A stretch of 64,000 nucleotides of DNA from Octopus vulgaris (Eukaryota). Shown one piece after another: positions 11,111 to 25,391 of the stretch. The position numbers and the translations under genes are program-made. The stretch covers positions 17,174,001-17,238,000 of the forward strand of contig OX597840.1 in NCBI GenBank assembly GCA_951406725.2, in the 5' to 3' direction. The notes under the pieces are model-generated. The model had not been told where the DNA came from. It worked only from the letters and a program-made list of their open reading frames with translations, and did no database searches. How positions within the stretch are numbered: the first letter of the stretch is position 1; every line of letters begins with the position of its first letter.

Positions 11111-11886
11111 GGCGCAGGAGTGGCTGTGTGGTAAGTAGCTTGCTAACCAACCACATGGTCCCGGGTTCAGTCCCACTGTGTGGTATCTTGGGCAAGTGTC
11201 TTCTGCTATAGCCCCGGGCCGACCAATGCCTTGTGAGTGGATTTGGTAGACGGAAACTGAAAGAAGCGTCATATATATGTATATATATATAAGTGTGTGT
11301 GTATATGTTTGTGTGTCTGTGTTTGTCCCCTAGCATTGCTTGACAACCAATGCTGGTGTGTTTACGTCCCCGTCACTTAGCGGTTCGGCAAAAGAGACTG
11401 ATAGAATAAGTACTGGGCTTACAAAAGAATAAGTCCCGGGGTCGATTTGTCGATTAAAAGGCGGTGCTCCAGCATGTCCACAGTCAAATGACTGAAACAA
11501 GTAAAAGAGTAAAGAGAGTATACCAGCAGCTGATGGCTTGGTTAAGAGGTGTAGGAGTGGCTGTGTGGTAAGTAGCTTGCTAACCAACCACATGGTTCCG
11601 GGTTCAGTCCTCACTACGTGGCACCTTGGGCAGGTGCCTTCTACTATAGCCTTGGGCCAACCAAAGCCTTGTGAGTGGATTAGGTAGATGGAAACTGAAA
11701 GAAGCCTGTCATATATGTATGTGTGTGTGTGTGTGTATATATATATGTATGTACTTCGGCAAAAGAGATCGATTGAACAAGTACTAACTAGGCTTACAAA
11801 GAATAAGTCCTGGGGTTGATTTGCTCAACTAAAGGCGGTGCTCCAGCATGGCTGCAGTCAAATGACTGAAACAAGTAAAAGAGTAA
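11111..11886 (+). mobile_element. Two tandem copies of SINE family A (11111-11520, 11548-11886)
   Basis: Each copy has the A/B-box head and the ...CAGTCAAATGACTGAAACAAGTAAAAGAG tail. Confidence 0.85.
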
Positions 11887-12399
11887 GGTGAATTAAAAAA
11901 AAAACGAAGTTCAATTATTACTTCTATTTCACCATACTCTAATTAAATATTCTAAATGACCAGAGATACTCAGCCTGCCTTAGTTTTGTTGTCCATTTTC
12001 CTTTAACATAGAGTGTGTGTGTGTGTGTATACACACGCACATTAAACAGTGAGTTAAGAGTGTTTCACTCCTACAATATAATGTAGGACATATTTGTAGG
12101 GAACTTTTAGCCAACACTGTGTTACAGCAACTGCAGACAAATTTGTCTGTGCCTGTAAATGTGTATGCGGACATAAATAGGGGGAATTGCTGTACATACA
12201 TTTTTGACATTTAAAAATTCAACTCAAATATTTGTCACGCCAGTCACTACCTACGAAAGGTTGTGTTATTTTATTCAACACCTCCGACACAAGGAAATCT
12301 ATACCCTCAATGTTCTTTCAGCTGTAACAAACTGAGAAGGAGAGAGAGAGGCAAAGAGAAGGGTAGGGTAGGTCAGTGATAGTGTTGAATGACACCCAC

Positions 12400-12423
12400 C
12401 TCGTTAACATGGAGACCGTACAT
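12400..12423 (-). CDS. Candidate alternative first coding exon (MYGLHVNE)
   Basis: ATG TAC GGT CTC CAT GTT AAC GAG|gtgggt, phase 0, in unique sequence; Inr-like TCAGTC near 12603. Confidence 0.25.
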
Positions 12424-15277
12424 AGGAATTCTTCTCGTTAAGCCTAGAAGTAGGAGTGACGTAAAATTGGTTAACAGGTTTTTAAGTTGTATATTTAAGC
12501 ATGTACAAACAATGGGCACCCACAGACTTTTGTGGAATTTCTGGCGCAGTGACAGGGAAGCAGAAGTTGAAATACAATAAGTCTTGACATGACGAATGAC
12601 TGATTAAAAAAATATATAGCTGGTGGGAGCTTTAGTCCTATCAATCCAGAGATCACTCAGAGGTTATTTAACCTTAGGTCGACCCTGATGAAGCTGAGTT
12701 ACAAGTAAAGACAATCCAACTACGACAGTCCCGGCTATTTCAGGTTTAAGACTACATTATCAAACAATTTTTTATTCAGGCAGTAGGGTCCAATTTTAGG
12801 GATACTTCACTGTTAGTTCTAACAGATCGATCAAACAAATAGAAGTTTACTGAGTCTGGCGGTTCAGACATTTCAGGCTTCTTTAAAATAAAAGAAAAAC
12901 TTTAATATTTTTGGCACCATCCCATCAGTTTGCTGCTGTTTAATTCTTTCTTTGCCATGGGATTGGACAATTTTCAAGGGGACCATCTCAATTTTCTAAA
13001 CAGTAACTTTTAACCTTCACAACATCCTCCCCATCATGAGAAATGCTGCCCTAATTGCTACTTAGTGACCCAATTAATGCTAGTGAAACTGTAAAGACTG
13101 TAGTAGTAGTAGTAGTAATAGCAGTATATAGAAGAGGACAGGAGAAATTTATGTACTACAACAGCTTCTGTAGCAAACAGATTCTTACTTTGAGCTAAAA
13201 GGAATTGATCTGAAAAATATGGAACGAGTTTGACGATGCAACAATAGTGAGATTTGGGCCCTAAATATCAATGATTCATGGAATCCAGGCATAAACTTGT
13301 CTTATCTCAAGGAGAACTTGACCCGTTCCAGGGTACTTCAAACTCCTCACAGTCACTCCTTGGTAATGCCAGGAATGTTTAGGATGGCCTCGTTTCTACA
13401 CAGAAATACGGAATATTCTCTGTTAGGGGTGTGTAATTAAGGGAGTGGGTTTACCTTTCTTTGAAGTCATTGTTTTCGTCCACTTCAGTAAATCTTTTAT
13501 TCTCTTATACATCTCAGCCCAAAGGTTGTGGCCATGCTGGAGCACTGCCGGTGAATATAAAGCCCCCCCCCCCCCCCCTCAGCCTCCCACATAACAAACG
13601 AGGATACTTACCACTATACTACCAAGGATTGGTGGTATAATGGTTGATTATATTCCAGATAAAAACCACTAGCACACCTAGACTTACACATTTAATGCCC
13701 ACTTTCCATGCCTGCACGGACCAGATGGAATTAAGGGTAGATTTTCTATGGCTGGATGTCCTTCCTTCCACACCAACCCTCACCTGTTTCCATACAAGGT
13801 AATCTTTCCCCACGGCCAGACATGTTTTTCAAGGAAGACTAGAAACAGCATAGCTTGTCTGATGATGCTCATTTACACACTCATGTGATGTCAAGGTAAC
13901 ACACAAACATATACACACACTCATACACAATTCTTCAAAAGCACTGATGTTCTATAAACCTGAAGGAAAGCTGATGTAGAAGTGAGGTAGGAAGGTGATC
14001 CTTGGGTAATAAAGATAGTTATTGTATGTTACCAAGAGATGGATAAATGAAAGATCTGTGGCAAATGAAGAAAAATGAGGCAAGTACACTGTTGGACATT
14101 GAAAGGTATTGCATAATCCAAGAAAGGGTCAATTGACAGATCAAAGTCCCCTCACAAACAGACACCAACCCCAACAAATGGATCCCCATAAACCTACTCC
14201 GGCATCTGGACAACAAACATGTTTTTTCCCCTGCTGTTATAACAATGGCTTCTAATCCCGAGGCCTGGCCAGTCTCATATTGCTTTCACTCAAGCACTCT
14301 CGACATACCAATCTCTCCTTTTCTAATTACTTAGATTGTATCCAACCAAACAGGTACCATTAACCACTGATACCACCAGAACGTCTGCCTTCAGAAATCC
14401 CCTCCAGACTCATACCCACAGGTATTGACTTGCAGTGCTCAAAGTGGAATATTAACAGCATCAATCACATAACACACCCAGAGAGATATGCAAGGGGTCA
14501 CAGGCACTGCCACTTTTTCTAGATTTAACAAAAAGCCTAAAAAGATAAGGGGCAGTTATGATTTGTTAGAAACCCAACTGTCATGGCAGAAAATTAAAGG
14601 TAATGCCAACATCTTGGATTGAATCCAAAGAAAGGTCTTTCAACTTAACACAAGTCCCTTACAGGGGCACTCCAATCCTGTTGGTATATCCCCAACTACT
14701 GGTCCACAACCATTATAGTAACAAAAATTATTATAGTAACAAAAAAAAAAAAGTGCATATTTTTAGTGGTGGTCATGCATGGAAGACCAAGACAAAGGAT
14801 AAAAATATATGGCAAAGTCAGATGTTGGATATCAAAGAATAGCAACAAGCACTAATATTCCATAAGACATACCCATCCAAAATATACCAACAGGGAAAAA
14901 TAGAGGATGAGAATATTTGAGTATTTAAAGGAGTTTCATGGTGGAGCAGCTCACTGAGTTAAAGATGATACACTGGTTCAATCCTTACCTGGTGTTCAAT
15001 ACGTTTTATAAAATACATTCATACCCACATCTGTCTATCTCTCTCATTATCAGAAGTCAAAATGGAGCCTACTACGAGACCTGTTGAGAGAATAACCCAG
15101 GAAATTGACTGTATTAAGGGCTGACATTGCCAAATGATTTATAGCTATCATCTACCACCAACAGGGTTCAAATCACAGCATGGGAAATCTTTATACCGTG
15201 GTAAATATTTTTCAGATGTCTACTGCAATCAATGCCCAACATTGAGGTAGACCAAGACAGACGAAGGCAGTAAAGAA

Positions 15278-15548
15278 TAGTTAGTTAGTTAGTTAGTTAA
15301 TTTGGCTCAAAAGCAAATAGCAAGGCCATGTAGGGGGACATGGAGTTAAGTACAGGGTGGTGTTCATGTAAAGAGTTCAGGCCACTTGAGGTCAAGGGAG
15401 GCTTTGAACAAAGCGGTCGTCGGCATCTTCACCATCTCGTCTGGCAGCTTGTTCCACGGATCCACAACCCGGACGGAGAAAGCTCCTCTCCTTCGATTGA
15501 GATGAAATCGTCGCAGGTAGAGCTTTTCGGAATGACCCCGCAAGGTTC
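15278..15548 (-). mobile_element. 5'-truncated CR1/L2-clade LINE 3' end
   Basis: Peptide LRGHSEKLY...FSVRVVDPWNKLPDEMV...FKASLD is typical of the CR1-group ORF2 C-terminus; followed by a short 3'UTR and a (CTAA)n tail. Confidence 0.8.
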
Positions 15549-18487
15549 TACCCAGGACCAAAGTGCCAATAATGGACTTGAACTCCAGAATCATGTGCAG
15601 GTGTCAAATACCTTATTTCAGCCAAAACACACATCCAATAAATTCCCTAAAGGTTTTGAAAAAGGGGACAGCAGCAGGCATCAAAAAGTACTGAATAATT
15701 GGCTTTTGCTAGCTCGCAGTTTTGGTTTTAACCCTTGATGCCAACCTGCCTAAGACCACCTCTGATTCTATGATACAAACTTCCTGTGACTGTGTGATAA
15801 GAAGTTTGCTTCCTAACCATGGCACCAGCATAAGAGGGGTTGCCATCTCCTCAAATGGACTAAAGAGTTCTCTTGAAACTTGTGCCTAGTCTTTCAATGA
15901 GGTTAGCAAATGAGTAAAGAAAGCGTAATGACTACCCAGTATTAATAATGATCTTGTAAACCCAACTAAGTAAATAATTAGCAATCCCCTTGATGGGTTC
16001 ATAATTTAACAATTACCAAGTGTCTTGTTTTCTACAGAGTAAGTAGGAAGATAATCAGTTCAACACTACCATGTTATAACTTAGCAATCCTTACCAAAAC
16101 CAAAGTTGTAGCTAAGCATAGAGTTGCTATGGTAACAGTTCTAGCCTAAAATATAATTAGAAATCTAGATTTGTGCAAGCATAAAGACAAAAAAAAAATT
16201 CAAATTCCAGGACAAGATAAAAAAAAGCGAAGAAGATTTGCTTCCATTTTTATTAATCATAATGCAAATGACTTCTCATTTCTCTCCATCGTAATCTGAT
16301 TAATTCTTAGTCAGGACTGCCATGGCAGGCAGAGACAAACAGACAGACACTAACAGAATTGCTATAACTCAAGAAAGCAAAACAAAAAACTGTCCAAGGA
16401 AGCATTTTATGTGTACAAAAGCATCTCCTCCATTGAAGAGGGGATTGTGACTACACATTAACAAGATACCAGGGAACATTCTGGAACCAGACAACTTCAT
16501 TAGGGGTCGATTTTTTGAAAAAGAATCTGAAAAATTCTTGGCAAATGGTTTCACCTTGAGCAATTGTCTTCTATAGATCCAGGCTAATCAATGCCCAACT
16601 AGTTAATATGGTAGACGGAAACTGTGTGGAAGCCAGTTGTGTTAGTGTGTGTATGCAGGTATGTCCATCCTTCCACTGCTTGTCAACTGGTGTTGGTTTG
16701 TTTATGTCCCTGCAACTTAACCAGTTCCGCAAACGATACCACTCTTTAAAAAACCAGTTCTGAGGTTGATTTGTTTAACCAAAACATCCAAAGCAGTGCT
16801 CCAGCAAGGCCACGATCAAAACCAGTAAAGGAAAAGGATTCTGTATGTCTAATATGAAAACATTTTCTTTGTAACAATTTCAAAAATGTCTTTCTTGGCA
16901 AAGCAGAAATAATTCTTGGCAAAGAGGTTCACAAACATTCTTAGTTTTGCCATCTTTGAGCTTTGACTAAAGATTGTAGGTTTCTAACACCTCAAACATC
17001 GGGAAACTGTCACAGAACAAATTATCTTTTGAAACATGGAGAGGAAAAAAATACCTTTGACCCTTTAGCACTTAAACTGGCTATGTCCAGCCCAAATGTT
17101 CCACATATTTTACATTCCATCTGGCCATATCAAGCCTTTCACACCTAACCTACACTGACATTGTAACAATAATCACATCATCTAAACCTCAACAATTTTA
17201 ATAAGCATTACATTTGACAATAATCTGCATGCTAAAGGGTTAAATTGTTCCTGGATATCCTTATGGATCTAATTCTTTAAATTATTTTGTGATGAACTAA
17301 GAAGTTATAGGGACCGAAGCCAATCTTTTGCTGCTCTTTCCGGCTGCTTGGTAGCCTCACCAGTGCTAGTGGCATAATAAAAGCAGCCAGTACACCGTGT
17401 GATGTGGTCGGCATTAGGAATGGCATCCAGTCATAGAAACTGTGCCAAAGATGGAACAGGAGCTCAATACCGCCCTGTAACTCGGCAGATCCTGTCAAAC
17501 CATCCAACCCATGCCAGCATAGAAAATGGATGTTAATTGATGACCTTTAACAACAGAACTGAGAAGATACCCAAGGGGAGGATTGGAAAGAATAATGATA
17601 GAAATGTGTAACTTTTACCAGAGAATTATGAATATTTTAGGACTGAATATAAACACAGAGGATGTATATATCCCAATAAATAATATCAAAGTGTTCAGTA
17701 GAATATGATGAAAAATACATAAGCATCAGTCACTGTTCATTTTTGAGTAACTCAGGTACAGACCATTGAGTAAACACTCACAAATATTTATATCTAAAAG
17801 CCACATTATGGCTTCATTTCAACCAACTGGACAAGTTCTGAAATGGTCTGAAGAAATATCCACAAATGGATGTCTTTTGTTCACAAATGCTTTGTGTTTA
17901 GCCCCCACGTCAGTACAATAAAAAATACCATGGCCTTGCTTTGGATTCTAACAGTGTTTATGGATAAACAAAGAATGATACAATAGAGAACTTAACCTTT
18001 CAGGAACATAAAATGTGTAATTTGAGAAAGATCTCACAGCCATTTCTTTCCTGTCGTTCTATAGTATAGACGTTACAAATTATCTAATCAGCAATAGAAT
18101 GTAATTAGTTATAATAATTAGCAAATAGCATGTGCTGACCATGTCACTCTCACAAGGACATTGGTTATTATCTGGGATGATATGGCAAAATAAAAAAAAT
18201 AAAAAAACAGTTCAAAATAGAAATATGAATCATCATGGTTTTAATGTCCACTCATGTTTGCAGAGGTCACATGACAATTGTTGAGGCAGATTTTCTATGG
18301 CCAAAATTCCTTTCCTGCTGCCAACCCTCATATGCAAGAACAGTAACATTTCCCTGTCACCCAGAAGACGGTCAACAGATGGCGCCACTTGTGTGAGGTT
18401 GATGCTCGTTCAAAAAGTCACATGATGTCACAAGGAGGTGGCACAAACAAACATAAACAATGATCTTTCAGTTTCCAAGTGCATTTG

Positions 18488-18835
18488 CTTTTATTCATTT
18501 CAGTCATTTCACTGCGGCCATGCTGGGGCACCACCTTTTTAGTTAAACAAAGCGACCCCAGGACTTATCCTTTGTAAGCCTAGTTCTTATTCTATCAGTC
18601 TCTTTTGCTGAACCACTAAGTTATGGGGACATAAACACACCAACATCAGTTCTCAAGCAATGGTGGACACACAAACACACAGCAGGCTTCTTTCAGTTTC
18701 CATCTAACTAATCCACTCACAAGGCACTGGTCAACCCGAGGCTATAGTAAAAGACACTTGACCAAGGTGCCACGCAGTGGAACTGAACCCAGAGCCATGT
18801 GGTTGGTAAACAAGCTTCTTAGCACACAGCCATGC
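18488..18835 (-). mobile_element. SINE family A
   Basis: Reverse complement of the family A sequence. Confidence 0.8.
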
Positions 18836-19162
18836 ACACACAGTTTACATTAGCCAGTTGCATATTCAAAAGTCATGCTGTTTGTGGGGTTCTGTTGATA
18901 TATTCCTGTCAAACAAAATAAATCCCCTGCTAGTTTTCTGGTTTTGAAGCTGAACAGCTTAGGGTTACCATCAGGAAGAGCATCCTGCTGTAAAACAGTG
19001 CCTCAACAACATATCTAACCCAGTGTATCAATGGACCCCATTTATTTACACTGGTGGACCCTCCTAGATATTAAATGTTAAAAAAAAAAAAATGAAATTT
19101 TTATCAAGTATTAAGAATTCTATAAAAAATAAATATTGTGTGTATCAGAAGTATAACCAATT

Positions 19163-19458
19163 CTTACTTGTTTCGGTCATTTGACAGTGGCTATGCTGGA
19201 GCACCACCTTTAGTCGAAGAATTCGCCCCCAGCACTTATTTTTTGTAAGCCTAGTACTTATTTTATCAGTTCTTTTGCTAAACCACTAAGTTATGGGGAT
19301 GTAAACACACCAACATCGGTTGTCAAGCGATGTTGGGGGGACAAACACAGACACACAAACATACATATATATATATATATACACATATATATATACATAC
19401 ACATATACATACACATATACATACACATATACATACACATATACATACACATACACAC

Positions 19459-19515
<57 letters not shown>

Positions 19516-19715
19516 CATATACACACACACAAATACACACACGCGCGTGTGCAACAGGCTTCTTTCAGTTTCTGTCCACCAAATCCACTCACAAGGTTTT
19601 GGTTGGCCCAAGACTATAGCAGAAGAAACTTGCCCAAGGTGCCATACAGTAGGACTGAACCTTAGAACCATGTGATTGGGAAGCAAATTTCTTAGCACAA
19701 AGCCACTCCCGTGCC
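19163..19715 (-). mobile_element. SINE family A with expanded internal microsatellite
   Basis: Reverse complement; ~180 bp of (TA)/(CATATACATACA) repeats. Confidence 0.85.
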
Positions 19716-20757
19716 TGATAAATTTTAACAAAATCTTACATGGGCCCCCACGAAAAAACAGACAGGATGAATTCTTTTTCAGAATTTAACCCTTTCATAT
19801 TTAAACCAACTGTATCCAACCCCAAAATTCAACCTGGCCGGATCTGGCCTTTCACACCTACTCTACAGTGTCATTTTACAAATAAACCTTTACATCAACG
19901 AAATCTCAAAATTATGAAATAATGCAGGATTAAATTAAAACGATGTGAATATATAAGCATTACATTTGACAGGGTAATCTGAATGCTAAAGGATTAAAAT
20001 CATTTTGTGGTGCAAGTTGTTTGGGGCCTTTCAGCACCTCTTCATGCTTTTATCCTGATAAACATCAGCTGCTAATAAGGAAGGTAATTAACAGGATTCT
20101 TTTTTTTTTTTTCCATATCAGTAATCAGACAATGAATAGAAAACTCAGCAGATCATCAAACGATGAGAGGCAGGGACTGGCAGACTTGGCAGGGTGCCAC
20201 AGGATGCAGTGTTTGGTATGGTTTAACACTTAATTCAAATCTCATAAAAATTAACTGGGTTTTTCATTCTTTTCGTATTCATATAGCAAATACTGGATTA
20301 ATTTCCCCCTTTTTTCCTCCCAACTCTTTCTTTCTCTAGAAGCAATCACATGTCACCATGTGAGAGGGAAACCCCAAAACATACGTTGTGACAGAACCCC
20401 TATAGCCGCTGGGCATTGCAGGCTAAAAAAGGGAGAAATGGAAACAAGAATGTGGCCAGAAGGAAAATGAATAAAAAATATTAAAAAAAACCCAATCTTC
20501 AGCTAAATGACAAATCTAATAATGAAGAGAATAATTAAAGGAAGAAATTTATTAGACATTTCTACATCAGTGAGGGAACTTGCTACTGTTGTGCAACCCG
20601 CTGGAAATAGACAAGTCTCCCTCCTCCTACTCTACCATCTAGTGTTACTCACATGGCCCTTAGGGGTCCTGGTAAGATTTTGTTGTCAAAATTTAAGTGC
20701 AGTAAGTTGGTTGTATTTCTACAATACATAAATTTTTTTATAAAATTATCTTTTATA

Positions 20758-21130
20758 GGCATAGGAGCGGCTGTGTGGTAAGTAGCTTGCTTACGAACCA
20801 CATGGTTCTGGGTTCAGTCTCACTGCATGACACCTTGGGCAAGTGTCGTCTTCTATAGCCTCAGGCCGACCAAAGCCTTGTGAGTAGATTTGGTGGACAG
20901 AAACTGAAAGAAGCCCATCGTATATATGTATGTGTGTCTGTTTGTCCCCCCCCCTCCCAACCGATGCTGGTGTGTTTGCGTCCCCATAACTTAGCAGTTT
21001 GGCAAAAAGGGACCAATAGAACAATTACTAGGCTTACAAAGAATAAGTCCTGGGGTCGATTTGCTTGACTAAAGGTGGTGCTCCAGTATGGCCAGTCACA
21101 TGACTGAAACAAGTAAAAAGAGAAAAGAGT
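20758..21130 (+). mobile_element. SINE family A
   Basis: Full head-to-tail copy. Confidence 0.85.
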
Positions 21131-21131
21131 A

Positions 21132-21780
21132 TCTTTTACTTGTTTCTGTCATTAGACTGTGGCCATGCTGGAGCACTGCCTTAAAGAATTCTTTAGCCTA
21201 ATGTATCCACCCCAGTGCTTATTTTTTTAAAGCCTGGTACTTGTTCTGTCTCTTTTGCTGAACCGCTAAGTTACAGGATGCAAACACACCAACTCGGCAC
21301 GGGTTGTCAAGCAGTGATGGTATTGACAAAGATACACACACATATCTATATAGGTGTGTGTGTGTGACGGCAGAGCTGTGGAGTCTAAACAAGAAACTGA
21401 CTCCTATACTAATGGCACCGCTGACTGACTCCTCTTTATGTAATTAAGTGATTGCAGTCTACATATCTCTTAAAGCACATGCATACACTTGTACTTTGAG
21501 TAGGCTTATATATTATAACTGGTTTAGACTAAAGAATATAGAGATTGTGAGTTGGAATCAGAGTCGGTATAGTTTTACAGACTGACTCCAGCTACTCCTT
21601 AATTATTTCCAACTGTGAATCCACAACCCTGTATGACAGGCTTCTTTCAGTTTCCATCTACCAAATCCACTCAAGGTTTTAATCAGCCCAAGGCTATAGA
21701 AGACACTTGCCCAAGGTTCCAAGCAGTGGAACTGAACCCTGGACCATGTGGTTGGGAAGCAAACTTCTTGCCACACCCAC
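21132..21780 (-). mobile_element. SINE family A, inverted and abutting the previous copy, split by a hAT MITE
   Basis: Starts CTTTTACTTGTTTCTGTCATT immediately after the + copy tail. Confidence 0.8.
21371..21631. mobile_element. hAT-like MITE nested in a SINE
   Basis: TIR CAGAGCTGTGGAGTC / GAATCCACAACCCTG; degenerate TSD tgtgacgg/tatgacag; internal GACTCC motifs. Confidence 0.65.
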
Positions 21781-22709
21781 ATCTAATAATTCATAACATT
21801 TAATTCTAAAAAATTAGAGATTTTTTTTTTTTTTAATATCAAATGGCAAGGAGGGTCCATCTGAGTATAACAGGGATCAAAGAGTTCCATAGGTAAAAAA
21901 TGGTCACAGAACTATTGTTTTAAACACTTAGTAACAGTGACTAACATTTGCCCCCATTAAATTTGTTTAAACAAAAATCTCCAGCAAGGACGCTATTCAT
22001 AATTCTATTTATTCAGCAATACTAAACAATCTTTCTCTAAAGTGCTGAACTCCAGCAACTGATCGGTTCTGCCAACCCATAAAATTCTACCTATTCTGCC
22101 ATATGCTGTTTGTTTGGCTGTAAAATGACTATCAGGTAAATATACATCCATTGTTATTATTGTATACACCCCACTGCCTTCTACATACATTTAATATCAT
22201 ACACCATTGTAACAATCACTTTGTTGACCGACTTTGTAATTAAGAAATTCACTTAAGGAGAAGAAAGGAAAAAGAAAAGAACTTTCTAGTGATTGAAAGG
22301 GGGACGAGATAGAGATGGGGGGTTATTTGTAAAGGTGACCCACAACTACATCACTATGACAAATGAGGGAGGGGGCAGGAGGGAGGAATGGGGCTGGTGT
22401 GGGTAAAGGAATTTAATTACCAGGTTATGCATGGATTGTGAATTTATAACTGGTCACAGTTTTATTGGGTTTCTTGGTAGTACAGTCTCAGAGATCTTGT
22501 TTCACCTCGTTGTGGATGAGATGGCTAAGTACTCACTACCACCACAGCCAGCCAGTCACATCAACTCTGCTAGATACAACAAATGCCAGTATCTACTCTA
22601 TATTGTGAGTTGTCTGGCTATGTAAGATAACATCTTGATTTAATCTAGAAAGCAAATTCCTTAACCTTCTGAGGCTATGCTGGGTTTCCTTATGATGTAC
22701 AGAGTCCTA

Positions 22710-22925
22710 CAGGGCTCATTTCTGTGTATCAAACCAATGGGGGAGAGAGGGGACTCAAACCAATGAGGGGAGGGGATCATTTCTCTACATCAAACCGAGG
22801 GGGAGGGATCTCATTTCACTATATTAAACCAAAGGGGCTCATTTCTCTACAAACCAATGAGGAGCCTCATTTCTCTCTACAAATCAATGGGGGAAGGGGC
22901 TCATTTTTTTCTACATCAAACCATA
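22710..22925. repeat. Degenerate ~30-bp minisatellite (GGGGCTCATTTCTCTACAAACCAATG)
   Basis: About 7 imperfect units. Confidence 0.8.
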
Positions 22926-23943
22926 CAGGACCCCACTCCACATTTCAAAGCCTACAAACAGAACAACAAACTCAGCAAGCTCCTACAAGGAGTAAACAAG
23001 CTGCATTTCTTGAACATAGGATAAAAAGCCTTGTGGTATTTATTTCAACTCCCTGCACAGTTTCAAATCCCAGGAAAGCCAATTTTGCCCCTCATATTTT
23101 CAGGATCAATAAAATGAAGTACAAGTCCAAGGAAGCATATCAGTAGAATTGTTAAAGCAGCAGACAAGACACCTCCAGGTCTCTGTTCCAGCTGTTTGCA
23201 TTCCGAGTTTCTGGGAAGCAGATTTCAGCCATTAATCTTGGATTTGCAAGCTTTTAAATGGTCTCTGGTTCCCACCCACTAAAAGTTCCTTCTGTTGCAA
23301 GCTTTTAAATCTTGTTCTCTGGTTTCACGACAACTGCCCCCCCCCTTAACAATTTCAGGAATTTTGAAGAAAAAAAAAAAAAAGAGGACCAAGAATGTTC
23401 CCTACCCCTCCTCAACTAAGTAGTAAAAATAAACCCCATGGTTTACAGCAAAGAGGTGAGATTACAAGAGTTAGTGAAAGCAAGTGGCTTAGTGGTCAGG
23501 GTGTTGCATCAGGATTACAAAATCGGTTTCGATTCCCAGACCAGCTGAGCATTGTGTTCTTGAGCAAAACACTTCATTTCATGTTGTTCCAGTCCACTCA
23601 GCTACAAATGGATCACCACCCTGCAACATGTTGGCTCAGGAAAATCACTCAAATGGAGGGGGGAGGTTCTCATGAGTCACGTTTTGCATTTAGTGATTGA
23701 AAGGATGAATTGTAGAAGAAATACTGTGAATCTGGACTGGTTGGGATTGGCTGTTTAACTGCATTGAAGGATGACAAGAGTTCAGTGAGACTGGCCACAG
23801 GTATCCGGCATTGCTCAGTGATTCTACACAATACTTAACACCTGGCCAAAATATCTCGACTAGGAAAGTCACTGTGAGAAAAAGAGTAAAGCCATTAAAA
23901 TGTTGAAAGGGGTTTAAGACCAGATCAAGGATCAAAGGCATTT

Positions 23944-23991
<48 letters not shown>

Positions 23992-23995
<4 letters not shown>

Positions 23996-24350
23996 AGGAG
24001 TGGATGTGTGGTAAGTAGCTTGCTTACCAACCACATGGTTCTGGGTTCAGTCCCACTGCGTGGCATCTTGGGCAAGTTTCTTCTATTATAGCCTTGGGCC
24101 AACCAAAGCCTTGTGAGTGGATTTGGTAGGTGAAAACTGAAAAAATCCCGTAGTGTAGATGTGTGCGTGTGTTTGTCCCCCACCCCATACCAACCGATGT
24201 TGGTGTCTAAATCTCTGTAACTTAGCGGTTCGGGTAAAAGAGACCGATAGAATAAGTATTAGGCTTACAAGGAATAAGTTCTGGGATTGACTTGTTTGAC
24301 AGTGCTCCAGCATGGCCGCAGTCAAATGACTGAAACAAGTCAAAGAATAA
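23992..24350 (+). mobile_element. SINE family A
   Basis: Full copy following a (TA)n tract. Confidence 0.85.
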
Positions 24351-25328
24351 AATATATATAAGTAGTAGGTTGTGATTTAGGAGCAGTTTGATATATTACT
24401 TGAAGGTTAAGCAACCATTTAGCACAGTGGACCCTTGTAGCCATTCTATGTTCAAAACATCCGAGTATATTTTTTATCATTGAATATTAAGAAATATGTC
24501 AAAACAAAAAAATATTAAAACATTTGGTGTGCTGTAGAAAGGATTAGCAATTTATCCTTTATTACTCATAAATTTTAAAAGATCTTATACAGACCTTCGA
24601 GGCCCATGTGGTCCCCAGTTGAGACCCACTGATTTAGCAGCTTCCCGCATAATATTGAGGATTGGAGGGGGGGGCATAATTGCTACAACAACGAATAGAG
24701 CTTTGCCACATTCATTCCAGGGTTCCATACACTGAGTTAGAATCCCTACCCAACCAAGTCAAATTTATCTCCTCTTTAAGGGTCGCTAAATCTGTTTATA
24801 GTTGATTACCCCCGTCTCACTCAGGATTGTACTTCTAAGTCAAAAGTCCAGTCTTATCTCTCTCTCACACAGTGTCATGGTGGTTCAGCGATAAAAATTA
24901 CATTTAAAAGTACAAGTGTCTGTGGAGTACTCAGCCACTGGCACAAGTCGGAATTCTTTTGTTCAAATGAGCAGAATGCTTATTGCTTATCGTCAAGACT
25001 GACCGAGAATTTGTTACTTGAATTGCATACTCATGTGTCCCGTTGGGGTAAAAGAAAATAAAAAAGAAAAAAATTATCATAGATAAAGAAAAAAAAATAC
25101 TGCTTGGTAACAGATTAGCGATAGAGAGTGAGGATGAGACTGAACAAACACAAGTCATGGCATGATTCACCTCACCTGCAACCCCCCCTCCCCAGTTGAA
25201 GAAAGACAGATTGATTCCTTAAGACACGAGAGAGAGAGAAAGTTTCCGTTTGAAGGTTGAGAAATACAAACAAACTATTCACCTTTCTGGTTGTAAATTT
25301 TTTAAAACTAATTGAGAGCGGAGAACGA

Positions 25329-25391
<63 letters not shown>

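Noticed and set aside
11111-11190. tRNA gene
   Set aside because: A/B boxes are present but continue into the SINE body; this is a SINE head with no evident cloverleaf or terminator.
19286-19731. YI/VC/HT-rich ORFs here and at many other SINE copies
   Set aside because: Translations of (TA)n/(TG)n microsatellites and SINE bodies.
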